Positions 27,409-38,501 of a DNA stretch of 64,000 nt are shown piece after piece. The notes under the pieces are model-generated. The model did no database searches. It had not been told where the DNA came from and saw nothing but the letters and a program-made list of their open reading frames with translations. The position numbers and the translations under genes are program-made. This DNA is from Escherichia coli (GTDB lineage: Bacteria > Pseudomonadota > Gammaproteobacteria > Enterobacterales > Enterobacteriaceae). Numbering within the stretch: position 1 is the first letter of the stretch; each line of letters starts with the position of its first letter. Location of the stretch: assembly GCF_003018255.1 (NCBI RefSeq), contig NZ_CP027440.1. One strand, 5' to 3'.

Positions 27409-27729
27409 ATGACGAAAATTATTGCAGTAACCGCGTGTCCATCTGGTGTTGCCCATACCTATATGGCGGCAGAGGCGCTGGAAAGTGCCGCGAAAGCGAA
27501 AGGCTGGGAAGTGAAAGTAGAAACCCAGGGCTCGATTGGTCTGGAAAACGAACTGACTGCGGAAGACGTGGCGAGCGCCGATATGGTGATCCTGACCAAA
27601 GATATCGGCATCAAGTTTGAAGAGCGTTTTGCTGGCAAGACCATCGTGCGCGTCAACATCAGCGACGCGGTAAAACGCGCTGATGCCATTATGAGCAAAA
27701 TTGAAGCTCACCTGGCACAAACCGCTTAA
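27409..27729 (+). CDS. frwB: Fructose-like PTS IIB component
   Basis: 106-aa ORF MTKIIAVTACPSGVAHTYMAAEALE... (IIB Cys motif). Confidence 0.9.
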   Translation: MTKIIAVTACPSGVAHTYMAAEALESAAKAKGWEVKVETQGSIGLENELTAEDVASADMVILTKDIGIKFEERFAGKTIVRVNISDAVKRADAIMSKIEAHLAQTA

Positions 27730-27779
27730 GTTCTTATCCCGCCCGTAAGGGCGGGTTCGCTTTCCCACAGGAGTTCCTC

Positions 27780-30077
27780 ATGACGAATCGTATCTCTCGC
27801 CTCAAAACTGCACTGTTTGCCAATACCCGTGAAATCTCGCTGGAGCGTGCGCTGCTTTATACCGCCAGCCATCGGCAAACCGAAGGCGAACCGGTGATAT
27901 TGCGCCGGGCGAAAGCAACAGCGTATATCCTTGAACATGTTGAAATTTCGATTCGTGATGAAGAACTGATTGCCGGTAACCGCACCGTAAAACCGCGCGC
28001 CGGGATTATGTCGCCGGAAATGGACCCTTACTGGCTGCTGAAAGAGCTGGATCAATTCCCGACGCGTCCGCAGGACCGCTTTGCTATCAGCGAAGAAGAT
28101 AAACGTATCTACCGTGAAGAGTTGTTCCCGTACTGGGAAAAACGTTCGATGAAAGATTTCATTAACGGGCAGATGACGGATGAAGTAAAAGCCGCGACCA
28201 GCACGCAGATTTTCAGCATCAACCAGACGGATAAAGGCCAGGGGCACATTATTATTGATTACCCGCGCCTGCTGAATCACGGGCTGGGTGAGCTGGTAGC
28301 GCAGATGCAGCAACATTGTCAGCAACAGCCGGAGAATCACTTTTATCAGGCAGCGCTGTTACTGCTCGAAGCCTCGCAGAAACACATTTTGCGTTACGCC
28401 GAACTGGCGGAAACGATGGCGGCAAGCTGCACTGATGCCCAGCGTCGCGAAGAACTGCTGACTATTGCGGAGATCTCCCGCCATAACGCCGAACATAAGC
28501 CGCAGACGTTCTGGCAGGCGTGCCAGTTATTCTGGTACATGAACATCATTCTGCAATACGAATCCAACGCCAGTTCACTATCGTTGGGGCGCTTCGACCA
28601 GTATATGTTGCCGTTCTATCAGGCATCATTAACCCAGGGCGAAGATCCGGCGTTCCTGAAAGAACTGCTCGAATCTTTATGGGTGAAATGCAACGACATC
28701 GTGCTGTTGCGCTCCACCAGTAGCGCGCGTTATTTCGCCGGTTTCCCGACCGGCTATACCGCACTGCTCGGCGGGTTAACCGAGAACGGACGTAGCGCGG
28801 TGAACGTGCTTTCGTTCCTTTGCCTTGACGCTTATCAAAGCGTGCAATTACCGCAACCGAACCTCGGCGTGCGCACTAACGCCTTGATCGACACGCCGTT
28901 CCTGATGAAAACCGCAGAAACCATTCGCCTCGGCACCGGTATTCCGCAAATCTTTAACGATGAAGTGGTGGTGCCAGCGTTCCTCAACCGTGGCGTTTCG
29001 CTGGAAGATGCACGCGACTATTCCGTAGTGGGCTGTGTGGAATTATCTATTCCCGGCAGAACCTACGGCTTGCATGACATCGCGATGTTTAATCTGCTGA
29101 AAGTGATGGAAATCTGCCTGCATGAAAATGAAGGCAATGCTGCGCTGACTTATGAAGGTTTACTGGAGCAGATCCGCGCCAAGATCAGCCACTACATCAC
29201 CCTGATGGTTGAGGGCAGCAATATTTGCGATATCGGTCACCGTGACTGGGCACCTGTACCGCTGCTCTCATCGTTTATCAGCGATTGTCTGGAAAAAGGC
29301 AGCGATATTACCGATGGCGGCGCGCGTTATAACTTCTCCGGCGTACAGGGGATCGGTATCGCCAACCTGAGCGATTCTCTCCATGCGTTGAAAGGGATGG
29401 TTTTTGAGCAACAGCGTTTAAGTTTTGACGAATTGCTGTCGGTATTAAAAGCCAACTTCGCAACGCCAGAAGGCGAAAAAGTCCGTGCTCGCTTAATTAA
29501 CCGCTTCGAGAAATACGGTAACGATATCGACGAGGTGGATAACATCAGCGCCGAACTGTTACGCCACTACTGCAAAGAAGTGGAAAAATACCAGAACCCG
29601 CGCAGCGGCTACTTCACGCCGGGATCGTATACCGTTTCTGCTCACGTCCCGTTGGGATCGGTGGTTGGCGCGACGCCAGACGGTCGTTTTGCCGGGGAAC
29701 AACTGGCAGACGGCGGCTTGTCACCCATGCTGGGCCAGGACGCACAAGGGCCAACGGCGGTACTGAAGTCAGTCAGTAAGCTCGATAATACGCTGCTGTC
29801 TAACGGTACGTTGCTGAACGTGAAATTCACTCCGGCGACTCTGGAAGGTGAAGCGGGATTACGCAAACTGGCCGACTTCTTACGGGCGTTTACCCAGCTT
29901 AAGTTGCAGCATATTCAGTTTAACGTGGTGAACGCCGACACGTTGCGGGAAGCGCAACAGCGCCCACAAGATTATGCCGGGCTGGTGGTGCGCGTTGCCG
30001 GATACAGCGCCTTCTTTGTCGAATTGTCGAAGGAGATCCAGGATGACATCATCCGCCGGACAGCGCATCAGCTGTAA
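27780..30077 (+). CDS. pflD: Glycyl-radical enzyme, PFL-like (formate acetyltransferase 2 homolog), substrate unknown
   Basis: 765-aa ORF; glycyl-radical motif VVRVAGYSAFF near the C-terminus. Confidence 0.9.
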   Translation: MTNRISRLKTALFANTREISLERALLYTASHRQTEGEPVILRRAKATAYILEHVEISIRDEELIAGNRTVKPRAGIMSPEMDPYWLLKELDQFPTRPQDRFAISEEDKRIYREELFPYWEKRSMKDFINGQMTDEVKAATSTQIFSINQTDKGQGHIIIDYPRLLNHGLGELVAQMQQHCQQQPENHFYQAALLLLEASQKHILRYAELAETMAASCTDAQRREELLTIAEISRHNAEHKPQTFWQACQLFWYMNIILQYESNASSLSLGRFDQYMLPFYQASLTQGEDPAFLKELLESLWVKCNDIVLLRSTSSARYFAGFPTGYTALLGGLTENGRSAVNVLSFLCLDAYQSVQLPQPNLGVRTNALIDTPFLMKTAETIRLGTGIPQIFNDEVVVPAFLNRGVSLEDARDYSVVGCVELSIPGRTYGLHDIAMFNLLKVMEICLHENEGNAALTYEGLLEQIRAKISHYITLMVEGSNICDIGHRDWAPVPLLSSFISDCLEKGSDITDGGARYNFSGVQGIGIANLSDSLHALKGMVFEQQRLSFDELLSVLKANFATPEGEKVRARLINRFEKYGNDIDEVDNISAELLRHYCKEVEKYQNPRSGYFTPGSYTVSAHVPLGSVVGATPDGRFAGEQLADGGLSPMLGQDAQGPTAVLKSVSKLDNTLLSNGTLLNVKFTPATLEGEAGLRKLADFLRAFTQLKLQHIQFNVVNADTLREAQQRPQDYAGLVVRVAGYSAFFVELSKEIQDDIIRRTAHQL

Positions 30078-30921
30078 CGTTGTGGAAACGCGCCGCAATG
30101 ATGTGGCGCGCATTTTCAACATTCAGCGTTATTCACTGAATGACGGCGAGGGCATTCGTACGGTGGTCTTTTTTAAAGGCTGTCCGCATCTTTGCCCATG
30201 GTGTGCTAATCCGGAGTCGATCTCCGGCAAAATCCAGACGGTACGCAGAGAGGCGAAATGTCTGCACTGTGCGAAATGTTTGCGTGATGCGGATGAATGC
30301 CCCTCCGGGGCGTTTGAACGGATTGGCCGCGATATCAGCCTTGACGCGCTGGAGCGGGAAGTGATGAAAGATGACATTTTCTTTCGCACGTCCGGCGGCG
30401 GCGTCACGCTTTCTGGCGGCGAAGTGTTAATGCAGGCGGAGTTTGCTACCCGTTTTTTACAGCGGCTGCGGTTGTGGGGCGTGTCATGCGCCATTGAAAC
30501 TGCCGGAGACGCGCCAGCCAGCAAGCTGTTACCGCTGGCGAAATTGTGCGATGAAGTGTTGTTCGATTTAAAAATTATGGACGCGACTCAGGCGCGGGAT
30601 GTGGTGAAGATGAATCTGCCACGCGTGCTGGAGAATCTGCGTTTGCTGGTGAGTGAGGGCGTCAACGTGATCCCGCGTTTACCGCTGATCCCTGGTTTCA
30701 CGCTCAGCCAGGAGAATATGCAGCAGGCTCTGGACGTGCTGATCCCGCTGAATATCAGGCAGATCCATCTGTTACCGTTTCATCAGTACGGCGAACCGAA
30801 ATACCGCCTGCTGGGGAAAACATGGTCGATGAAAGAGGTGCCTGCGCCGTCGTCAGCTGATGTGGCAACGATGCGCGAAATGGCAGAACGGGCCGGATTT
30901 CAGGTTACCGTGGGAGGTTAA
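30043..30921 (+). CDS. pflC: Glycyl-radical enzyme activating protein (radical SAM)
   Basis: Track ORF 29974..30921 trimmed to MTSSAGQRISCNVVETRRNDVARIF... (292 aa); CPHLCPWC radical-SAM cluster motif; start overlaps pflD 3' end by 35 nt. Confidence 0.9.
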   Translation: MTSSAGQRISCNVVETRRNDVARIFNIQRYSLNDGEGIRTVVFFKGCPHLCPWCANPESISGKIQTVRREAKCLHCAKCLRDADECPSGAFERIGRDISLDALEREVMKDDIFFRTSGGGVTLSGGEVLMQAEFATRFLQRLRLWGVSCAIETAGDAPASKLLPLAKLCDEVLFDLKIMDATQARDVVKMNLPRVLENLRLLVSEGVNVIPRLPLIPGFTLSQENMQQALDVLIPLNIRQIHLLPFHQYGEPKYRLLGKTWSMKEVPAPSSADVATMREMAERAGFQVTVGG

Positions 30922-30922
30922 A

Positions 30923-31264
30923 ATGGCATACCTGGTGGCAGTAACCGCCTGCGTCAGTGGCGTGGCGCATACTTATATGGCGGCGGAACGGCTGGAAAAG
31001 TTGTGCCTGTTAGAGAAGTGGGGCGTCAGCATTGAAACTCAGGGCGCGCTGGGAACGGAGAATCGTTTAGCGGACGAGGATATCCGCCGGGCGGATGTTG
31101 CGCTGTTAATTACGGATATCGAGCTTGCCGGTGCTGAGCGATTTGACCATTGCCGCTATGTGCAATGCAGCATCTACGCTTTCCTTCGTGAGCCGCAGCG
31201 GGTGATGAGCGCGGTACGCAAAGTGCTTTCTGCGCCGCAGCAAACCCATCTCATTCTGGAGTAG
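30923..31264 (+). CDS. frwD: Fructose-like PTS IIB component 2
   Basis: Track ORF 30860..31264 trimmed to MAYLVAVTACVSGVAHTYMAAERLEK... (113 aa). Confidence 0.9.
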   Translation: MAYLVAVTACVSGVAHTYMAAERLEKLCLLEKWGVSIETQGALGTENRLADEDIRRADVALLITDIELAGAERFDHCRYVQCSIYAFLREPQRVMSAVRKVLSAPQQTHLILE

Positions 31265-32102
31265 TCGGTTTTTCTGTCAGTTGGCTGTGGTACTGCCGAC
31301 GATATTCCGACGGTGAGCGTTCGGTATTTTTACGAAACAGACGGCAGAAGTAGTTGCTGTCGACAAAGCCGCAGGCGTGCGCCACTTCTTTTACCTTCAG
31401 GTCATAGCCTTTCAATAACGTCTTAGCGTGCTCCAGTCGCGTGTGATTCAGGTATTCGTTAAAACCAGTGGCCCCCGTTTTTTGAAACAGGTGCGAGAGG
31501 TAATTTGGCGAAATATAGAATGCCTGTGCGACAGATTCGCGGGTAAGCGCGGAGGCATAGCGTTCGTCGATATAATCACGAATAGCTTCGAACAGTGCCT
31601 GGCTGCGTGAGGCGGTCTGGATTTGGCTGCCAAGCAAATCGCGGCAGTGGCTAAGCAGGCTGGCGACGATAAGCCTTGCCGTTTGCTGCTCCTGCGACTG
31701 CATTTGCATTTCATTGAGCGTTTGTAGCAGAAAAGAACCTATGCGTGGGCCGCGTCGGGCGACGTGTTGCTTCGCCAGATTTTGATATTGTTTGCCATCC
31801 CATTGCACGACGCTGAAGCCGAGTTGCTGTTTGCCAAACAGCACGCTAAAGGTAGTGGCGGGGGCTTGCCATTGTGGAAAATTCCAGCCACCAGCGGGAA
31901 CGTACAGCACATCGCCGGGAACTAACGCTGCTCCAGCGCCGGTATCAATAAACTCACCTTCCAGCACAATTTCCAGCCGTGGAAAATCGACCTGATACGC
32001 AAGATCGGGCACCGGGCCGTTGCTGCTGGCAAAGTAAATCTGGCGCAGGGACAGCGGGCCGTTGATCAGGCGGGAGAGCAGATAGCTGACGTCGTGATAC
32101 AT
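31251..32102 (-). CDS. yijO: AraC/XylS-family transcriptional regulator
   Basis: 283-aa ORF; C-terminal AraC-type HTH region (...NYLSHLFQKTGATGFNEYLNHTRLEHAKTLL...); 3' end overlaps frwD convergently by 14 nt. Confidence 0.85.
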   Translation of the reverse strand: MYHDVSYLLSRLINGPLSLRQIYFASSNGPVPDLAYQVDFPRLEIVLEGEFIDTGAGAALVPGDVLYVPAGGWNFPQWQAPATTFSVLFGKQQLGFSVVQWDGKQYQNLAKQHVARRGPRIGSFLLQTLNEMQMQSQEQQTARLIVASLLSHCRDLLGSQIQTASRSQALFEAIRDYIDERYASALTRESVAQAFYISPNYLSHLFQKTGATGFNEYLNHTRLEHAKTLLKGYDLKVKEVAHACGFVDSNYFCRLFRKNTERSPSEYRRQYHSQLTEKPTTPE

Positions 32103-32147
32103 GTTATTCCCTTAGGTATGTAGACGGGAAAACAGTAACTGGCATTA

Positions 32148-32178
32148 TGAAAAAAGGCCACCTGAAAAGTGTGGCCTG
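32148..32178 (-). terminator. Rho-independent terminator downstream of eptC
   Basis: aggccacac/gtggcct hairpin followed by T-run on the minus strand. Confidence 0.5.
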
Positions 32179-32224
32179 ATGGGAGTGAGATGTAAACATT
32201 GCGGCAGTTTCAGTCGACTTGTAT

Positions 32225-32308
<84 letters not shown>

Positions 32309-32327
32309 AATAACATCTGGCTGATAA

Positions 32328-34061
32328 TTACTGATTACCCACCTGATCGCCATACGGCAGAGTGTCGTAATCGATCAGTGCGTTTTTCTTATACGGGTTA
32401 CCAATCCAGCGGGTAGTTTCTTTGAACTGCGGATTCACCACTGAACGGGTTGGATCGTAACCGTCGTAAGATAAGCCCGCCAAATCTGACCAGGTGTGGA
32501 TCAGTTCCGCCAGGCTGTATTTACGATCAACATCCTGTGAGAAATCACGCGGATGAGTCGCTTGCCATTTTTCTGACGTCCACAGCAGGAACGGAATGGT
32601 GTACATATGACGCGTCGGGTTGTCTTCATTACGCCCCTGAGTTTTGTGCGGCGGCGTGTCGTAAACCTCTTCACCGTGGTCAGAGAAATAAACCAGGAAA
32701 CCGTTCGGATCGGTCGCTTTAAAGTCTTTAATCAGGCTGGCAACCACGTGATCGTTGTACAGGTTAGCATTGTCATAATCATTATATGACTCCAGCTCTT
32801 CTGCGTTTAATCCCGGTGGAACATGCTCTGTATTACCGTCAAATTTGCCCTGATCTTCCGGATAACGGTACTTGTACTTGATATGCGTACCCAGCAGATG
32901 AACGATGATCAGTTTCTTCGGCGCAGGGTCCTTCAGCACTTCCTGGAACGGCTTCAGCACGTTGGTGTCGTATTCACGCGCACTCTGCGTACGTTGCTGG
33001 TTCATGTAGTACTGCTTATCGGTCTGGCGCGAAAATACCGTCAGCATGGTATTGCGGGCGGTCATCGTCTGCTGGTTGGTGATCCAGAAGGTTTTATAAC
33101 CCGCCTGTTTCATCATGTTCATCAGCGACGGCTGCGTCAGATACAGATCCGGGTTCTTTTCATTGGCAAAGGTCAGCGCCTGTTGCAGGATTTCAATGGT
33201 GTACGGACGAGACGTAACCACGTTATTAAACACGGTCAGATTCGGATCGGTTTTATGCAGCGCATCCAGCTCCGGCGTGGTTTCACGCGGATAACCGTAC
33301 AGACTCATGCGTCCACGCTGGGTCGATTCGCCAATTACCAGCACTAAGGTGCGCGGTTCGTTACCCGATTCATCTTTGAAATTCGCCAGCGGCGGCAAGG
33401 CATTATTTTCATTCAGTAGCTTTGTTAGCGAGTTTAGTTGCTGACGATACTGATAATAGCCGGTCAGGAATTGCCACGGTGCGGCAGGCTCCATACGCGA
33501 TGCCAGGTTATCCAACGTTTTCTCAAATGGCTTGTTTTTGATAAACGTATTCATGGCGATCGGATGCAGAATCAAGCCATAAAGTAGGGCAAAAGAGACA
33601 ACATAACGCCACGGCTTTGGAATATAGACCGGGCGCAGGCGCGTCCACAGCAAAACTGCCACCGCCGTATAGGCCAGCGCGATAAGCACAATCTTCAGGC
33701 TGAAATACTGGCTTAAATACTCGCTGGCTTCGTTGGTGTTGGTTTCAAACATCACAAACAGAACGCTCTGCGAGAACTCCTGACCGTAGATGACGTAGTA
33801 GCACAACGCTGCCAGAGAGGCCGCCCATAGCACCACGCCGATCACTGCGGCAATAATTTTAATCCGCTTCGGAAAGAGGAATACCGGGATCAACCACAGC
33901 GAACTGAATAACAGCGAGTCGCGAATGCCGTTAGTGCCACTATAACCACTGATGTAAATAATGGCCTGTAGCAGAGTAGAGAAAAACCAAAAGTAGAGCA
34001 GTGCCCAACCCAGGGCCTTCCAGCTAAAAAGGGGTTTAGCCTGGACTTCTGTGGAATGCAT
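32328..34061 (-). CDS. eptC: Phosphoethanolamine transferase (LPS core heptose modification)
   Basis: Track ORF 32328..34106 trimmed to MHSTEVQAKPLFSWKALGW... (577 aa); N-terminal TM helices plus sulfatase-like periplasmic domain. Confidence 0.9.
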   Translation of the reverse strand: MHSTEVQAKPLFSWKALGWALLYFWFFSTLLQAIIYISGYSGTNGIRDSLLFSSLWLIPVFLFPKRIKIIAAVIGVVLWAASLAALCYYVIYGQEFSQSVLFVMFETNTNEASEYLSQYFSLKIVLIALAYTAVAVLLWTRLRPVYIPKPWRYVVSFALLYGLILHPIAMNTFIKNKPFEKTLDNLASRMEPAAPWQFLTGYYQYRQQLNSLTKLLNENNALPPLANFKDESGNEPRTLVLVIGESTQRGRMSLYGYPRETTPELDALHKTDPNLTVFNNVVTSRPYTIEILQQALTFANEKNPDLYLTQPSLMNMMKQAGYKTFWITNQQTMTARNTMLTVFSRQTDKQYYMNQQRTQSAREYDTNVLKPFQEVLKDPAPKKLIIVHLLGTHIKYKYRYPEDQGKFDGNTEHVPPGLNAEELESYNDYDNANLYNDHVVASLIKDFKATDPNGFLVYFSDHGEEVYDTPPHKTQGRNEDNPTRHMYTIPFLLWTSEKWQATHPRDFSQDVDRKYSLAELIHTWSDLAGLSYDGYDPTRSVVNPQFKETTRWIGNPYKKNALIDYDTLPYGDQVGNQ

Positions 34062-34199
34062 AGTAAGAACCTGTCTTGAAAAAAATATCGCCGAATGTAA
34101 CGACAATTCCTTAAGGATATCTGAAGGGATATCCAGATTTTGAATAAAATGCAGACAGAAATATATTGAAAACGAGGGTGTTAGAACAGAAGTATTTCA

Positions 34200-34230
34200 G
34201 AAAACCCTCGCGCAAAAGCACGAGGGTTTG
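34200..34230 (-). terminator. Rho-independent terminator downstream of ppc
   Basis: aaaccctcg...cgagggttt hairpin followed by T-run on the minus strand. Confidence 0.6.
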
Positions 34231-34243
34231 CAGGAGAGGAAGA

Positions 34244-36895
34244 TTAGCCGGTATTACGCATACCTGCCGCAATCCCGGCAATAGTGACCATTAACGCCTG
34301 CTCGACGCGAGGATCCGGCTCATGGCCTTCTTTTTCTGCCTGGCGGGAGCGGTGCAGCAACTCGGCCTGCAATACGTTCAGCGGGTCGGTGTAAATATTC
34401 CGTAGCTGAATAGACTCTGCAATCCACGGCAGATCGGCCATCAGGTGAGAATCGTTGGCAATCGCCAGCACCACTTTGATGTCTTCTTCTTGCAGATTGC
34501 GTAACTCTTTACCTAACGGCCACAGTGCTTTGTCTACCAGGCGTTGGTCATAGTATTCCGCCAGCCACAGGTCTGCTTTGGCGAAGACCATCTCCAGCAT
34601 GCCGAGACGCGTCGAGAAGAATGGCCAATCGCGGCACATGGCTTCCAGCTCGCTCTGTTTGCCATCTTCGACCACTTTTTGCAGCGCCGTACCTGCACCC
34701 AGCCAGGCGGGGAGCATCAGGCGGTTTTGTGTCCAGGCAAAAATCCACGGAATAGCGCGCAGTGACTCAACGCCACCGGTCGGGCGACGTTTTGCCGGAC
34801 GTGAACCCAGCGGTAGTTTGCCGAGTTCCTGCTCCGGCGTGGCAGAGCGGAAGTAAGGCACAAAATCTTTGTTTTCACGCACGTAGCCGCGGTAGACATC
34901 GCATGAGATAACCGAAAGCTCATCCATAATGCGACGCCAGCTCTCTTTCGGCTCTGGCGGTGGCAGCAGGTTGGCTTCCAGAATCGCCCCGGTATACAGC
35001 GAAAGGCTGCTAACGGTGATTTCAGGCAGACCGTACTTGAAGCGGATCATCTCGCCCTGTTCGGTCACGCGCAGGCCGCCTTTCAGACTTCCTGGTGGTT
35101 GTGACAGCAGCGCCGCATGGGCAGGTGCGCCGCCGCGACCAATGGAACCGCCGCGACCGTGGAACAACGTTAGCTCAATACCCGCTTTTTCGCAGGTTTT
35201 GATTAATGCATCCTGTGCCTGATATTGCGCCCAGGAAGCTGCCATCACGCCCGCATCTTTTGCTGAGTCGGAATAGCCAATCATCACCATCTGTTTGCCC
35301 TGAATCAGGCCGCGATACCAGTCGATATTCAGCAGCTGGGTCATGACATCGTTGGCGTTGTTCAGGTCATCGAGGGTTTCAAACAGCGGAGCAACCGGCA
35401 TCGCAAACCCGATACCCGCTTCTTTCAGCAGCAGGTGGACAGCCAGCACGTCGGACGGCGTTTTCGCCATCGAGATCACGTAGGCGGCAATGGAGCCTTG
35501 CGGTGCTTCGGCAATCACCTGGCAGGTATCGAGCACTTCGCGCGTTTCGGCGCTTGGTTGCCAGTTGCGCGGTAGAAGCGGACGTTTGGAGTTCAGTTCG
35601 CGGATCAGGAACGCCTGTTTGTCGGCTTCTGACCAGCTCTCGTAGTCGCCGATACCGAGGTAGCGGGTCAGCTCGCCCAGCGCTTCGGTATGGCGGGTGC
35701 TCTCCTGACGGATATCAATACGGACCAGCGGTACGCCGAAACATTTCACGCGGCGCAGGGTGTCGAGCAGATCGCCGTTGGCGATAATACCCATGCCACA
35801 CGCCTGAAGTGACTGGTAGCAAGCGTAGAGCGGTTCCCACAGTTCTTCGTTTTGTGTCAGCAGGCCTTCTGGTTTTGGCAGTTCTTCGCCTTTCAGGCGC
35901 GCTTCCAGCCATGCCTGTGTCGCCATCAGGCGAGAACGCAGGTTTTTCATCAGATAGCGATACGGTTCTGCGGCACCTTCTTCGCCAACCAGCGCCAGCA
36001 GTTCAGGGGTCGCTTCAACCATCGACAGTTCAGAAACCAGCACCTGAATATCTTTCAGGAACAGATCGGTGGCTTTCCAGCGACTGAGCAGCAGGACGTG
36101 GCGGGTGATATCGGCAGTGACGTTCGGGTTGCCGTCGCGGTCACCGCCCATCCACGAGGTAAAACGGACCGGAACAAATTCGACGGGCAGTTTGTAGCCG
36201 AGATTCTCTTCCAGTTGTTCGTTCAGTTCGCGCAGGTAATTCGGTACGCCTTGCCACAGGCTGTTTTCTACTACGGCAAAGCCCCATTTGGCTTCATCTA
36301 CCGGGCTTGGACGCAGCTTACGGATTTCATCTGTATGCCATGACTGGGCGATCAACTGGCGCAGGCGGCGCATCAGCTGGTTATGTTCGTAGTCGGCGAT
36401 ATCTTTGTTATCGAGCTGTTTTAAGCAGGCGTTCACTTCCACCATTTTGTGGATCAGTGTACGACGGGTAATTTCGGTTGGGTGAGCCGTGAGGACCAGT
36501 TCCAGCGACAGCGATTCCACTGCTTTTTTGATGGTGTCTTCGCTCAGTTCCGGCTGGTTTTTCAGTTTACGCAGGGTGCGGGCGATCACTTCCGGGTTGC
36601 TGGCAGCTTCGCCTTTCGGCGAAATGCTGTGGTATTGCTCAGCGGTGTTGGCCAGGTTCAGGAACTGACTAAACGCACGCGCAACGGGCAGCAGCTCGTC
36701 GTTCGACAAATTTTGTAAGGTGGTGAGCAACTCCTGGCGGTTAGCATCATTGCCAGCGCGTGAAGATTTCGACAACTTACGGATAGTTTCTACGCGTTCA
36801 AGAATGTGTTCTCCCAACGCATCCTTGATGGTTTCTCCCAGCACTTTGCCGAGCATACTGACATTACTACGCAATGCGGAATATTGTTCGTTCAT
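34244..36895 (-). CDS. ppc: Phosphoenolpyruvate carboxylase
   Basis: 883-aa [33 protein letters not shown]... ending ...GMRNTG. Confidence 0.95.
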   Translation of the reverse strand: MNEQYSALRSNVSMLGKVLGETIKDALGEHILERVETIRKLSKSSRAGNDANRQELLTTLQNLSNDELLPVARAFSQFLNLANTAEQYHSISPKGEAASNPEVIARTLRKLKNQPELSEDTIKKAVESLSLELVLTAHPTEITRRTLIHKMVEVNACLKQLDNKDIADYEHNQLMRRLRQLIAQSWHTDEIRKLRPSPVDEAKWGFAVVENSLWQGVPNYLRELNEQLEENLGYKLPVEFVPVRFTSWMGGDRDGNPNVTADITRHVLLLSRWKATDLFLKDIQVLVSELSMVEATPELLALVGEEGAAEPYRYLMKNLRSRLMATQAWLEARLKGEELPKPEGLLTQNEELWEPLYACYQSLQACGMGIIANGDLLDTLRRVKCFGVPLVRIDIRQESTRHTEALGELTRYLGIGDYESWSEADKQAFLIRELNSKRPLLPRNWQPSAETREVLDTCQVIAEAPQGSIAAYVISMAKTPSDVLAVHLLLKEAGIGFAMPVAPLFETLDDLNNANDVMTQLLNIDWYRGLIQGKQMVMIGYSDSAKDAGVMAASWAQYQAQDALIKTCEKAGIELTLFHGRGGSIGRGGAPAHAALLSQPPGSLKGGLRVTEQGEMIRFKYGLPEITVSSLSLYTGAILEANLLPPPEPKESWRRIMDELSVISCDVYRGYVRENKDFVPYFRSATPEQELGKLPLGSRPAKRRPTGGVESLRAIPWIFAWTQNRLMLPAWLGAGTALQKVVEDGKQSELEAMCRDWPFFSTRLGMLEMVFAKADLWLAEYYDQRLVDKALWPLGKELRNLQEEDIKVVLAIANDSHLMADLPWIAESIQLRNIYTDPLNVLQAELLHRSRQAEKEGHEPDPRVEQALMVTIAGIAAGMRNTG

Positions 36896-37144
36896 ATTAC
36901 CCCAGACACCCCATCTTATCGTTTGATAGCCCTGTATCCTTCACGTCGCATTGGCGCGAATATGCTCGGGCTTTGCTTTTCGTCGTCTTTTATAAAGCCA
37001 CGTAAAAGCGGTGACGTCAAATGCTGCGAAATCGCTTCAGCAAACGAATAAATAGCAGGAATTTACGCCATTAAATTCATGACGCTTTAAATAAGCGTAA
37101 CTTATGGGAATGTTAAAAAATCGCCTCGAGTAACACCAAAGGTG

Positions 37145-37194
37145 TAGGTCGGATAAGATGCGTAAGCATCGCATCCGACATTGTTTGGCCTACG
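37145..37194. repeat. REP element between ppc and argE
   Basis: gtaggtcggataagatgcgtaagcatcgcatccgacattgtttggcctac palindromic unit. Confidence 0.55.
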
Positions 37195-37196
37195 TT

Positions 37197-38348
37197 TTAA
37201 TGCCAGCAAAAATGGTGAATCACCTGGGTGATCAGTTCGCGGGTGGGCTTGATAAACCTCGTCTCCAGATATTCATCAGGCTGATGAGCCTGATTAATTG
37301 AGCCAGGCCCCAGAACCAGCGTCGGGCATAACGTTTGAATAAACGGCGCTTCGGTACAGTAATTCACCACTTCGGTCTTTGCTCCGAGCAATTTCTCAAC
37401 CACTTCAACCAGTTTATGATTCGGTGGGCATTCATAGCCAGGGATCGGCGGATGCAGCTCGTCGACCGTCAGACGACCCGGCCAGCGTTCGCTCACTGGA
37501 GCCAATGCATCGTTGAGCAAACCATTAAGTTCATTGAGTGTCATGCCTGGCAGCGGACGAATATCCATATGCAACTCACAGCAAGCACAAATACGGTTAG
37601 AAGCGTCGCCACCGTGGATATGCCCGAGGTTGAGCGTAGGGTATGGCACGGTAAACGCGTCGTAGTGATAACGTTCTTTCAGGTTATCGCGCAATTGCAA
37701 AATATGCCCGATGGCGTCGTGCATCAGTTCGATAGCGTTAACTCCGCGTGCTGGATCGCTGGAGTGGCCCGACTGGCCCTGAATACGGATGGCGTTAGAG
37801 ATATGACCTTTATGCGCGCGTACCGGTTGCAGCGACGTTGGCTCGCCAATGATGGCGCAATCCGGGCGCAGGGCGGTAGTTTCGGCAAAATAACGCGCTC
37901 CGGCCATACTGGTTTCTTCATCGGCAGTCGCCAGAATGTAGAGCGGTTTTGCAAGCTTCGTGACGTCGACATCGCGTAGCGCATCAAGGATAAACGCAAA
38001 AAAGCCTTTCATGTCGGCGGTGCCTAAGCCGTAAAGCTTGCCGTCATGCTCCGTCAACGTAAATGGATCGCGCGTCCAGCGTCCGTCATCAAATGGCACC
38101 GTATCGGTATGCCCCGCCAGCAACAAACCGCCAGCCCCCTGTCCGCAACTGGCCAGCATATTAAATTTGTTGCGAGTTCCTGGCACAGGCTGTACTTCCA
38201 CATTGAAGCCTAAATCCTTAAACCAGTCCGCCAGCAGAGTGATTAAATCTGCATTGCTTTGATCGAGTGCCTCTTCCGTGGCGCTTATTGAAGGTGTGGC
38301 AATCAGAGCACGGTAAATCTCGATAAATGGCGGTAATTTGTTTTTCAT
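37197..38348 (-). CDS. argE: Acetylornithine deacetylase
   Basis: Track ORF 37197..38387 trimmed to [23 protein letters not shown]... (383 aa); M20 peptidase family. Confidence 0.9.
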   Translation of the reverse strand: MKNKLPPFIEIYRALIATPSISATEEALDQSNADLITLLADWFKDLGFNVEVQPVPGTRNKFNMLASCGQGAGGLLLAGHTDTVPFDDGRWTRDPFTLTEHDGKLYGLGTADMKGFFAFILDALRDVDVTKLAKPLYILATADEETSMAGARYFAETTALRPDCAIIGEPTSLQPVRAHKGHISNAIRIQGQSGHSSDPARGVNAIELMHDAIGHILQLRDNLKERYHYDAFTVPYPTLNLGHIHGGDASNRICACCELHMDIRPLPGMTLNELNGLLNDALAPVSERWPGRLTVDELHPPIPGYECPPNHKLVEVVEKLLGAKTEVVNYCTEAPFIQTLCPTLVLGPGSINQAHQPDEYLETRFIKPTRELITQVIHHFCWH

Positions 38349-38377
38349 TGTTGACACACCTCTGGTCATGATAGTAT

Positions 38378-38414
38378 CAATATTCATGCAGTATTTATGA
38401 ATAAAAATACACTA
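38378..38414. promoter_or_regulatory. ARG boxes (ArgR operator) in the argE-argCBH divergent control region
   Basis: aatattcatgcagtatttatgaataaaaatacac matches tandem TNTGAATWWWWATTCANW-type boxes. Confidence 0.5.
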
Positions 38415-38501
38415 ACGTTGAGCGTAATAAAACCCACCAGCCGTAAGGTGAATGTTTTACGTTTAACCTGGCAACCAGACATAAGAAGGTGAATAGCCCC
38501 G

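Noticed and set aside
27726-28340. 204-aa minus-strand ORF overlapping the frwB end and pflD start
   Set aside because: Antisense to pflD, no RBS context; shadow ORF.
35852-36343. 163-aa plus-strand ORF antisense to ppc (and several similar small ORFs 34525-36087)
   Set aside because: All antisense or out of frame within ppc.
37335-37979. 214-aa plus-strand ORF antisense to argE
   Set aside because: Fully contained in argE on the opposite strand.
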